Assembly (NCBI GenBank): GCA_017963755.1
Contig: JAGCTF010000174.1
Span: forward strand, 1 to 46,838
Length of the DNA stretch: 46,838 bases
Reading direction: 5' to 3'
Origin: Clostridia bacterium
Lineage (GTDB): Bacteria; Bacillota; Clostridia; UBA1212; UBA1255
The notes under the pieces are model-generated. The model was not told the DNA's origin. It was given only the letters and a program-made list of their open reading frames with translations, and did not search any database. This document shows positions 7,482 to 15,686 of the stretch, one piece after another; position 1 is the stretch's first letter; each line of letters opens with the position of its first letter. Position numbers and translations under genes: made by a program.

Positions 7482-10400
7482 GAAACGGTATCTGAAATGG
7501 TTTGTCTGCTTAATGTTATGCTTATTCACAGCTGTTTCCGCCGGCTGCCGGAATAACGCTGAGAATGACGACGGTAAGCCCGGCACGACTTACGTTTTTG
7601 ACGACGGTATTAAAGAGGACAGCGGTGATACTCAAACGGAGATCCCTGAACCTGAGCACCATACTTATACTCAGGACTTTGAAACTGTTATAAAATCAAA
7701 CGACGAGGACTGGACGGTGAACTCCGAAGGTGAGTTCAAAAACGGCATTTTCAGAAGCGCAACAAATCACACTTACCTTGCACTAAAACACAAAGTTAAA
7801 GCTGATACTCTCAACATCGAAGTTGACATGAAAGTGGCGAGGAGCGGGAACATAAACAATGTTTCGGGGTATATCGGCCTTCGGCTCCCGGAGCACGGAA
7901 ACCAGTTTGCCGCCGTCGGAGCTAACGGTATATGGCTCGCGTTTCATGGCAAGCAGGTAGGTATTATTGACACCTGGCCTAACGTAAAGATGTTCAGCAA
8001 CTCCGTCGATTTTTCGAAAACGCAGCGGCTGCTTATCACGGATGACGTGAAAAATAACGTGATAACCGTTGACGTCCTTGACGGCGAAGAGCGAAAGAAC
8101 GTAATGGTCATAACTATCACAGATAATAAGGAGATCCGGATCGTAAACGAAAAGGGTAAAAATAAGATCAAAACGAAATTCGGTCACGATATCGACAGTA
8201 ATGGATTTGTAGCGTTCTGGGCCAGCGGCGGCAATTCCGGCGAGTGTGTTATGGACAATATCAAGATGGATTGGACGGATGTCGTACAGGAGCAGTACGT
8301 TCCTGCGGATAAGCTGGCAATACGCGATCTTTACGCCGACACGTGGGTGGCCACCGACGATCTCGGCAGGACTGTCACAGACGGAGCCGCCGCGCCGCGT
8401 GACAAACTTATAGGATTGTTTTATCAGATATGGTTCACTCCGACGAGTGTCACGTATTCTGATCAGAAAAACTACGACCATTACAGAATATACCGCGAAG
8501 GCGGCTTTGAGGCAGTAAAAAAAGCATACTCACAGGGACCGATCGGCTGGGGCCATTACTGGGCGGAGCCGTACTTCGGATTCTACCTTACTAACGACAG
8601 GTGGATAATCAGAAAGCACGCGTCAATGCTCTCAGATCTCGGTATCGATTTCATCTATCTCGACGTTACGAACGGAAACCCGCAAACGACGAGTTACAAA
8701 GCGATCATGAAAGAATATGAGATGATGAGGCAGGAAGGCCTTGACACGCCGGATATCTGTTTCATGCTCGCTGATGAGACCAGCCTCGTAGATAACGTGT
8801 TCATGGATCTTTGGGACAATATCTATTCTACGGGTCAGTACAGCGACCTCTACGTAATGTATGACGGAAAGCCTCTCATCCTCGGCAATTTCAATAAATC
8901 GTCCGAGGAGATCAAACAGCTGCTTGAAGGGTTCAGCTGGAGACGATGCTGGGCGCTTCATGAAAATCTGAAGGGCGGCGAAAATTTCTGGTCGTGGATG
9001 TGTCAGACGCCTCAGGTTGCTTCGTATAACACGAATAAAGACAACGCGGTCGAAGAAATATCCATTTCTGCCGGTATCCTTGCAAATACGAGTACAGGGC
9101 GAAGCTTTTCGAACGGCAGGCAGCCTAAAGTAGGTACGCTGCCGGACGGCACGAAGGATTATTTCCAGTTCAATCTCGAGACCACAGGTCAGGGGCTGTT
9201 ATTTGCGGAACAGATGCAGCGCGCGGTCGAAGTCGATCCGTACGTTGTCCTCATAACCGAGTGGAATGAGTGGGCTGCAGGAAGATGGCCCGGAAACGGG
9301 AATCCCACTATTGCCAATACGTATATTTCGTGGACGAGCGATTATTACGTTGACTGTTTCAACCCTGAATTCAGCCGCGATATCGAGCCGATGAAGGACG
9401 GATTTAAGGACAATTACTATTATCAGCTTGCGGCGTTTCTGCGCAGTTTCAGAGGCTCACGTCCGGCTCCCGCAGCTTCCGGTCAGCACAGCATCACGCT
9501 TGACGGAGGTCTGGGTCAATGGGCAGACGTCTGGCCCGAATACCGCGATACAACAGGTGACACGATCCATCGCGACAGCCTCGGAAACGGCGGCCTGGTT
9601 ACGTATAAGAACAGCACGGGCAGAAATGACCTTGTCAGTGCGAAGGTGTCAAGGGCTGACGGAAAAACGTATTTCCTTGCCGTTTGCGCAGATAATCTTA
9701 CAGCTCGCGAGGGCAATAACTGGATGAATCTGTTTATCGATTCCGACGGTAATTCCGGGAACGGATGGTACGGGTACGACCTTATCATCAACCGCGAAAA
9801 CGGCTCGGTAGAGAAATTCACCGGCGGCTGGAATATGCAGAAACTCGGACAGTGCGAAGTATTTACAGGTGACAACTATCTCGTTATCGCCGTTGACGAC
9901 GCCGCTTGCGGTCTTGGCGCAGAGTTCTGCTTCAAGTGGGCGGACAATTCGACGACTGAAGGAGATATCATGCAATTCCTTGACCTCGGCGACGCGGCAC
10001 CGAATGCGCGCTTCAATTATGCGTACAGAACGGGATCTAAGGACGTCGCATTGACGGAAAGTACGAAAGCTGCTGTAGGAGACGGAGCGTCGTTTACTGC
10101 AGGCAGATATTACGCATTGTCCGAAGGAAAAGCACAGCATGTATATCCTGAAGATACGTCTGTCGCGCCTGTAATGTATAAAAACAGAGTATTCGTGCCC
10201 GCAGCTTCGCTCGGCTTCGTGAAAGGACTCAGCGCTTCCGTCGACGGAAACAAAGCTGAGATCACGTATAAAGGCAAAGTTATGACGTTCGAAGACGGAA
10301 ACGCCGACGTAAAATACGGAAAGGACACGTATCAGATTCCGGTCGCGCCGTTCGTAAAAGACGGTGTGCTTTACGTGGCGCTGAATGCCGTGGCACATAT

Positions 10401-10506
10401 CGCAGGGCTAAACTACGCACAGAACGAACTAGGAGTCGCGATTATTACTTCTTCTTCAATTAAAGAGAATGAAAGCGTGTTTGCCGAACTGTACCGCGCG
10501 TATTGA
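7480..10506 (+). CDS. secreted lipoprotein, putative glycoside hydrolase of unassigned family. Domains: N-terminal beta-sandwich, TIM-barrel-like core, beta-sandwich, and a C-terminal copper-amine-oxidase-N-terminal-like 'stalk' domain
   Basis: Lipobox 'AVSAGC'. Core motifs 'EPYFGFYLTNDRWIIRKHASMLSDLGIDFIYLDVTNG' and 'VLITEWNEWAAGRW' resemble the P.xGxYxSxD..v...H......GID / EWNEW pattern of GH99-like (beta/alpha)8 glycosidases. The C-terminal 'VFVPAASL...KDGVLYVALNAVAHIAGLNY' resembles the Cu-amine-oxidase N-terminal-like domain common in clostridial surface proteins. It is a paralog of the gene at 32376-35156. Confidence 0.6.
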   Translation: MKRYLKWFVCLMLCLFTAVSAGCRNNAENDDGKPGTTYVFDDGIKEDSGDTQTEIPEPEHHTYTQDFETVIKSNDEDWTVNSEGEFKNGIFRSATNHTYLALKHKVKADTLNIEVDMKVARSGNINNVSGYIGLRLPEHGNQFAAVGANGIWLAFHGKQVGIIDTWPNVKMFSNSVDFSKTQRLLITDDVKNNVITVDVLDGEERKNVMVITITDNKEIRIVNEKGKNKIKTKFGHDIDSNGFVAFWASGGNSGECVMDNIKMDWTDVVQEQYVPADKLAIRDLYADTWVATDDLGRTVTDGAAAPRDKLIGLFYQIWFTPTSVTYSDQKNYDHYRIYREGGFEAVKKAYSQGPIGWGHYWAEPYFGFYLTNDRWIIRKHASMLSDLGIDFIYLDVTNGNPQTTSYKAIMKEYEMMRQEGLDTPDICFMLADETSLVDNVFMDLWDNIYSTGQYSDLYVMYDGKPLILGNFNKSSEEIKQLLEGFSWRRCWALHENLKGGENFWSWMCQTPQVASYNTNKDNAVEEISISAGILANTSTGRSFSNGRQPKVGTLPDGTKDYFQFNLETTGQGLLFAEQMQRAVEVDPYVVLITEWNEWAAGRWPGNGNPTIANTYISWTSDYYVDCFNPEFSRDIEPMKDGFKDNYYYQLAAFLRSFRGSRPAPAASGQHSITLDGGLGQWADVWPEYRDTTGDTIHRDSLGNGGLVTYKNSTGRNDLVSAKVSRADGKTYFLAVCADNLTAREGNNWMNLFIDSDGNSGNGWYGYDLIINRENGSVEKFTGGWNMQKLGQCEVFTGDNYLVIAVDDAACGLGAEFCFKWADNSTTEGDIMQFLDLGDAAPNARFNYAYRTGSKDVALTESTKAAVGDGASFTAGRYYALSEGKAQHVYPEDTSVAPVMYKNRVFVPAASLGFVKGLSASVDGNKAEITYKGKVMTFEDGNADVKYGKDTYQIPVAPFVKDGVLYVALNAVAHIAGLNYAQNELGVAIITSSSIKENESVFAELYRAY

Positions 10507-10554
10507 GAGTTCTCGTTGAATAGAGTATAAAATAAAAAAATATTTGGAGGCAAT

Positions 10555-13500
10555 ATGAAAAAGCGTATTTTTCCATTGCTTTTAGCTTTAGTTATTATCT
10601 CTATGTGCGGCTGTACTCCTGCGAACGAGAAATCGGGGAAGAATGAAGAGCCCGGTACGGAAATCTTTGACGAGAAAAATATTGACCCGGTAGAACTGGT
10701 CGCGGACTCATTTTCAGTTTCTGATAAAATCGAGCTTGCGCTTACGATAAAAAATCCGCCTGAAGACCTTGACGGAACCGTAAAAGTAGAAGCAAAATCG
10801 GAGAACGGGAAAAAAGTAAGCGGGGTTTTTAAAACGTCCGAAAAGATAGAACTTAACAGCCCTGCTAGTTCAGGCATAATAACTGTCACCGCTGTTTTGT
10901 CAGATAATAGCGGAAAGGAACTAGACGAAATGATGTTAAAAACGAAGGACGGCCTCATACAGCTTACGGAAGATTCGGCAGCGCTCGTTGTAGCGGAGAT
11001 GACGGACGAAGAAAAGGCCCATCTTGTAGCCGATTCGGGAGAGCCTAAAAAGGTCGGTGCATCAGGCGGAACGTATGAGATCGAACGCCTCGGAGTACCG
11101 TCGATCACTGTCAATGACGGCCCTGCGGGCGTCAGGTACAATACTTCCGTCTGGTATCCTTCTGTAATGAATATGACTTCTTCGTGGGACGGAGAGCTCA
11201 TCAGAAAAGTCGGTGCGGCAATGGGCGGCGACTCGCTCGCGCTCGGCATTGACATCGTCCTCGCACCCGGTATGAACATCCAGAAAAACGTGCTCGGCGG
11301 GCGCAATTTCGAGTATTGTGCGGAAGACCCGCTGCTTACTGCATTTTCCGCTACTGCATACGTTAAAGGAATGCAATCCGCCGGAGCCGGAGCATGCCTT
11401 AAACATTTTGTCGCAAACGAACAGGAGACAGACAGAGGAACGATCAGTTCAAACATGACCGAACGCGCGCTACGAGAGATCTATTTAAAACCGTTCCAGC
11501 TCGCAGTTAAATATTCGTCGCCGGTCTCAATTATGTCGTCGTATAACAAACTTAACGGTACGTATAACTCCATCAACAAAGACCTTCTTACCGGCATCCT
11601 TCGAGATGAGTGGAACTATAAAGGAATGGTAATGTGCGACTGGGGCGCGGCCGGAGCTATCGAAGAAAAAGTGAGTGCGCAGAACGATATAAAGATGCCC
11701 GGCGGAGAAGCGAACAACGTTCCTGACGTGCTCGCGGGTCTAAAAAGCGGAAGAGTGGATAAAACTGCGCTGGACAAGTGCTGTGAGCATATTCTTTACG
11801 CTATTACGCAGTCTCCGACGTTTAAGAACCTCAAAATGAACTTTGAAGTCGATTTGGAAGGGCACGGAAAAGTTGCGCAGGAGGCAGCCGCTGATACGAT
11901 AGTGCTGCTGAAAAACGAAAACGGTGCGCTTCCACTCGCTTCGGGTACTTCCGTGGCATTGTTCGGAAACGGCGCTTATAAGACTGTATTCGGCGGTTCC
12001 GGCTCGGGCGGAGTTACGCCGGCCAGTACGGTTAGTATAAAAAAAGGAATCGATAATAACGGAAAACTGTCTGTTTACGATGAAAAAAATAACATTTTCC
12101 GCCGCGCCGCTGCTCACTCGAAGACCGATCCTTCACAGGACAAGATCGTAGAAGAAGATTATGCAAAAGCGTGCGCCGAAGGCGCCGGTACGGCAGTTAT
12201 CGTCATATCCCGTGATTCGATGGAGGGCGCGGATAACAGCGTTTCAAAAGGAGATTTCCTGCTTAACGGAAACGAGTCCAATATGATCAGGCGCGTTTCC
12301 GAGGCGTTTCACGCACAGGGGAAAAAGGTCACGGTGCTTATAAATACGGGCTCTCCTATAGAGATAAGTTCGTGGCAGGAGCTCGTTGACGCGGTGCTTT
12401 TCATCGGATATCCGGGGCAGAACGCGGGCGATGCAGTCGCGGCTGTACTTTCCGGAGACGTTAATCCTTCTGCTAAAACAACGATGAGCTGGCCTGTCAG
12501 TTATACCGATACGCCCGAGTACAGCAGCTTCCCCGGGAGTCCAAGCAAGATCGTTTATTACGAAGATATATACGTCGGATACAGATACTATAATACTTTT
12601 GATGTTAAGACGGCTTATCCGTTCGGCCACGGCCTGTCATATACGGAATTTGAGTATTCTGATTTTAACGTAAAGGAGAATCAGAACGGGTCGTTCACTG
12701 CTTCGGTAAAGATCACTAATAAAGGCGGCAGGGCAGGAAGAGAGATCGTACAGATATACGTATCAAAGCCCGAAACTACTTTAGAGCAGCCCAAATACGA
12801 GCTTTGCGGCTTTGCCAAAACAAAACTGCTTGACCCCGGCGAATCCGAAACGGTCAATGTTAAGATCACTGACGACGCGCTTTTCAGCTACGACACACAA
12901 AGCAGCAGATATATCGTTGACGCCGGTCAATACAAGTTTTTTGCCGCGGCTTCTTCGAATGATATTCACGCTGAAGCTTCCGTAGTTATTAATGCGCTCC
13001 GCGTCGTGTACGACGTCGAGAACCGCTGCGTACCGTCTCCCGAACCTATGCATATAGTAAAATCCGAATACAAAAATCGCGGTCAAATTACCGATGAAGA
13101 TGCGCTCGATTCTGAACTTACGAAGAAAGGCAAAGCTTATACGTTAGAACTTGGTTCGTTGAGCGAGGTTGGAGCAGTTTACCTTAACTGGGAAAAACTC
13201 GATTCTCCTTATGTGGTAAGCGTGGCGGGAGAAGATCAAATATTCACCCGCTATGATATTTTCGCGTCAGACGGGCTTAACTTTACTATTATCAATCTTC
13301 ACGGAACAGAGGCAAAATATATCAAGATCGAACCTGTCACTTCTTCAAAAATAATTGACGCAAAAGTCTTTTCTGCAACGGAAGCCGACAAGGCTGATAA
13401 ACCGGAAACATATGAGAATATTGCCTTGAATAAACGTGTGAGGGCCGCTTCCGTCGAGGGCAATCTCGTGGCGGCTAACGCTGTCGACGGTAATCTTACG

Positions 13501-13779
13501 ACGCGCTGGGGCTCCGATCCGAACGGAAAATCCTGGCTTACCGTAGATCTGGGTGAATCAAGGCTGGTTAAAGGTATTATGCTTTATCTTGAAGCCGCAT
13601 ACGTACCGTACCGCATAGAATATTCGAACGACAATAAAGAATTCACGACGATCGCCTCGATCGGTTCCGGGGAGCTTTTTGTAAAGCTTCGCGATATCGA
13701 CGTAGAAGCGAGATATATACGTTTCATACGCGAAGGTGAGAACTGGTTCAGTATCTACGAAGCGGAAATATACGGGTAA
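10555..13779 (+). CDS. glycoside hydrolase family 3 (beta-glucosidase/beta-xylosidase-type) lipoprotein with an Fn3-like domain and a C-terminal F5/8 type C (discoidin, CBM32-like) domain
   Basis: Signal/lipobox 'VIISMCGC'. GH3 motifs 'GRNFEYCAEDPLL', 'KHFVANEQETDRG' and 'MVMCDWGA' (nucleophile Asp context). The C-terminal 'AVDGNLTTRWGSDPNGKSWLTVDLG...IRFIREGENWFSIYEAEIYG' is typical of discoidin domains. Confidence 0.9.
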   Translation: MKKRIFPLLLALVIISMCGCTPANEKSGKNEEPGTEIFDEKNIDPVELVADSFSVSDKIELALTIKNPPEDLDGTVKVEAKSENGKKVSGVFKTSEKIELNSPASSGIITVTAVLSDNSGKELDEMMLKTKDGLIQLTEDSAALVVAEMTDEEKAHLVADSGEPKKVGASGGTYEIERLGVPSITVNDGPAGVRYNTSVWYPSVMNMTSSWDGELIRKVGAAMGGDSLALGIDIVLAPGMNIQKNVLGGRNFEYCAEDPLLTAFSATAYVKGMQSAGAGACLKHFVANEQETDRGTISSNMTERALREIYLKPFQLAVKYSSPVSIMSSYNKLNGTYNSINKDLLTGILRDEWNYKGMVMCDWGAAGAIEEKVSAQNDIKMPGGEANNVPDVLAGLKSGRVDKTALDKCCEHILYAITQSPTFKNLKMNFEVDLEGHGKVAQEAAADTIVLLKNENGALPLASGTSVALFGNGAYKTVFGGSGSGGVTPASTVSIKKGIDNNGKLSVYDEKNNIFRRAAAHSKTDPSQDKIVEEDYAKACAEGAGTAVIVISRDSMEGADNSVSKGDFLLNGNESNMIRRVSEAFHAQGKKVTVLINTGSPIEISSWQELVDAVLFIGYPGQNAGDAVAAVLSGDVNPSAKTTMSWPVSYTDTPEYSSFPGSPSKIVYYEDIYVGYRYYNTFDVKTAYPFGHGLSYTEFEYSDFNVKENQNGSFTASVKITNKGGRAGREIVQIYVSKPETTLEQPKYELCGFAKTKLLDPGESETVNVKITDDALFSYDTQSSRYIVDAGQYKFFAAASSNDIHAEASVVINALRVVYDVENRCVPSPEPMHIVKSEYKNRGQITDEDALDSELTKKGKAYTLELGSLSEVGAVYLNWEKLDSPYVVSVAGEDQIFTRYDIFASDGLNFTIINLHGTEAKYIKIEPVTSSKIIDAKVFSATEADKADKPETYENIALNKRVRAASVEGNLVAANAVDGNLTTRWGSDPNGKSWLTVDLGESRLVKGIMLYLEAAYVPYRIEYSNDNKEFTTIASIGSGELFVKLRDIDVEARYIRFIREGENWFSIYEAEIYG

Positions 13780-13830
13780 ACGTTTATGAGGGTCTGCTCT
13801 TAATACGCTTATTCCGCGATCTGACGAGGT

Positions 13831-13872
13831 GCCGCCCGGAAACGCAAAATGCGATCCGGGCGGTCAGTTTTT
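13831..13872 (+). terminator. rho-independent terminator of the glycosidase operon
   Basis: 9-bp GC-rich stem CCGCCCGGA (13832-13840) / TCCGGGCGG (13855-13863), followed by TCAGTTTTT. Confidence 0.75.
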
Positions 13873-13905
13873 GCGTTGAAAATCAACGCATCATTGTGAT
13901 ATACT
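13872..13905 (+). promoter_or_regulatory. sigma-A-like promoter (TTGAAA-18-TGaTATACT) overlapped by a perfect 8-bp inverted repeat (candidate operator)
   Basis: -35 TTGAAA at 13876-13881 and an extended -10 TGATATACT at 13897-13905. The inverted repeat TGCGTTGA-aaa-TCAACGCA at 13872-13890 covers the -35 element. Confidence 0.45.
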
Positions 13906-13941
13906 TAGGTCGATCATATGACCGGACGAGGAAGATTGTTC

Positions 13942-14739
13942 ATGAGTCAAATAAGCAAATTTACAGATCTGATCGAGAAAAAAGAATACGTCAGCGCTGC
14001 CGCAGCAGTTTTGTACGATTCTTCTGCTGTTTTTGCCGCGACTGTCGGTCTCGACGGACGCCCTCAGGTGAGGCCCGCGTTGTTTGCGTTCGAGCAGGAC
14101 GGCGCCTTTTACTTCATAACGCGAAAAAGCAGCCGCATGTATGCTGAACTCTCAAAGACGCCCTACGTACAGTTTTGTACGAGGAATGAAAATGATGAAT
14201 TGACGTTCCGGCTTTCGGGTAAAGTCTGCTTTACGGAAGAAAAAACTATTATTGACCGCGCCGCAAAAAACTGTCCCGAAATTTCAAATAGTTCCGGAGA
14301 AGATAAGAAAGCATTGATAGCGTTCTTCCTCCTTGGGGCAGAAGCTGTGCTGGAGATCTCAGGAGAAGAAAGGAAACTGCCTCTCCCTGATCCTTCCGGA
14401 GTACTTATAGGAATCACCATAAAGAAAAAGAACGAATTGAGAGACCGCATCGCCCGCCTGCTTATAAGCCGCGAAGAACAGCCGCCCGTAACTGATCCGG
14501 AAGCGCTGCGAATGTTTGACGGCGCCCTGCTCGTATTTGCCGAAGCAGCAAAGGCACTCTGGCCGCGAATGGATATCAGGCCGGTCGAGCGTGCAGCCGT
14601 TTTCGAAACTTACGACGAACGTGAAAAATATACGGCACGTGCCGCGTCGATCATCGGCAATGCAGTTATTAATTATCCGGAGGATATTACGTACTGGCTC
14701 GATCCGGAGAGATGGAGCGAAAACGGATTTGCCGAATGA
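13942..14739 (+). CDS. pyridoxamine 5'-phosphate oxidase-like FMN-binding family protein with an uncharacterised C-terminal extension
   Basis: 'LDGRPQVRPALFAFEQDGAFYFITRKSSRMYAELSKTPYVQFC' is typical of the PNPOx-like split-barrel family. I chose the start at ATG 13942 (GAGGAAGA RBS) rather than 13918. Confidence 0.65.
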   Translation: MSQISKFTDLIEKKEYVSAAAAVLYDSSAVFAATVGLDGRPQVRPALFAFEQDGAFYFITRKSSRMYAELSKTPYVQFCTRNENDELTFRLSGKVCFTEEKTIIDRAAKNCPEISNSSGEDKKALIAFFLLGAEAVLEISGEERKLPLPDPSGVLIGITIKKKNELRDRIARLLISREEQPPVTDPEALRMFDGALLVFAEAAKALWPRMDIRPVERAAVFETYDEREKYTARAASIIGNAVINYPEDITYWLDPERWSENGFAE

Positions 14740-14790
14740 TATTGACACTTTGACTGAATGGCGCTGGCGCCGAAACAGGAGGAAAAACAG

Positions 14791-15072
14791 ATGAAAAAAC
14801 TCAGGATCTTTTATCTGGAACATTGCCCTTATTGCCGTAAGGCGAGGGAGGCACTTGATGAGCTGAAAGCTGAGAATGCGGAATATGAAAACGCTCAGGT
14901 GGAATGGATCGAAGAGACGCGTTCTCCTGAGATCGCTGACGGATACGATTATTACCGCGTGCCGAGCATCTTCTGTGATGATAAAAAGCTCTACGAATGC
15001 AGTCCGGCGGATGATTATGAGAAGATCAAAGCTCAGGTGGAGGAGGCACTAAAAGCCTCACTAAAAGAATAA
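14791..15072 (+). CDS. glutaredoxin-like / thioredoxin-fold protein
   Basis: 'MKKLRIFYLEHCPYCRKAREAL' carries a CPYC active site, and the protein is ~93 aa. An AGGAGG RBS precedes ATG 14791; the ORF-track start at 14758 has none. Confidence 0.8.
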   Translation: MKKLRIFYLEHCPYCRKAREALDELKAENAEYENAQVEWIEETRSPEIADGYDYYRVPSIFCDDKKLYECSPADDYEKIKAQVEEALKASLKE

Positions 15073-15137
15073 TCCACAGATGCTTTTTACGAATTAAAAG
15101 AGTTGCTGGAAAGCAGCTCGGCAGAGAGGAGCAGGAA

Positions 15138-15686
15138 ATGAATATAACGGTCTATCTCGGGGCGTATGAGGGCAATGACGCTGCGCTCAGATCGGCAGTT
15201 GAAGCGCTTGGGACGTGGATCGGGAAGAGCGGGAACTGTCTCGTATACGGCGGGTCAAAATCCGGCCTTATGGGCGTTCTGGCAAAAAGCGTGATCTCAT
15301 CCGGCGGCAATGCCATCGGCGTCGAACCTGCGTTTTTTGTGGCAGAGGAGCTCCAATATGATGAACTTACGGAGCTGATCGTCACTAAAGATATGTCGGA
15401 ACGTAAAGCAAAGATGATAGAACTCGGCGACGCGTTTATTGCCCTTCCCGGCGGTACCGGAACGCTCGAAGAAATAAGCGAGATCATGTCGAAAATATCG
15501 CTGAGACACCTTGACGCACCGTGCATCATTTACAACCATAAAGGATTTTACGACGGACTTAAGCAGCTTCTCGGCGCGATGAGAGAGCACGGGCTTTCAA
15601 ACGTTGACCGCCAGAAAGGAATCAGTTTCGCGGACAGTATAGATGAAGTTATAAGGAGATTGGAATATGGACAAAAAACTGTATGA
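15138..15686 (+). CDS. LOG family protein (TIGR00730-type; nucleotide 5'-monophosphate nucleosidase / cytokinin riboside 5'-monophosphate phosphoribohydrolase family)
   Basis: Motifs 'GGSKSGLMG' and 'PGGTGTLEE' (PGGxGTxxE), with a length of 182 aa. Confidence 0.85.
   Translation: MNITVYLGAYEGNDAALRSAVEALGTWIGKSGNCLVYGGSKSGLMGVLAKSVISSGGNAIGVEPAFFVAEELQYDELTELIVTKDMSERKAKMIELGDAFIALPGGTGTLEEISEIMSKISLRHLDAPCIIYNHKGFYDGLKQLLGAMREHGLSNVDRQKGISFADSIDEVIRRLEYGQKTV

Noticed and set aside
10413-11456. A 347-aa antisense ORF spanning the end of the GH-like gene, the intergenic gap and the start of the GH3 gene
   Set aside because: It has a Ser/Pro/Ala-rich, low-complexity translation and no RBS. 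It is fully antisense to two genes with strong family motifs, which is the typical shadow ORF of a moderately GC-rich coding strand.
15100-15119. An 8-bp hairpin with a GGAA loop (GAGTTGCT-ggaa-AGCAGCTC) between the glutaredoxin-like and LOG genes, considered as a terminator
   Set aside because: No T-tract follows it, and the RBS and ATG of the LOG gene come immediately after. At most it is an mRNA stability or processing element, so I do not annotate it as a terminator.
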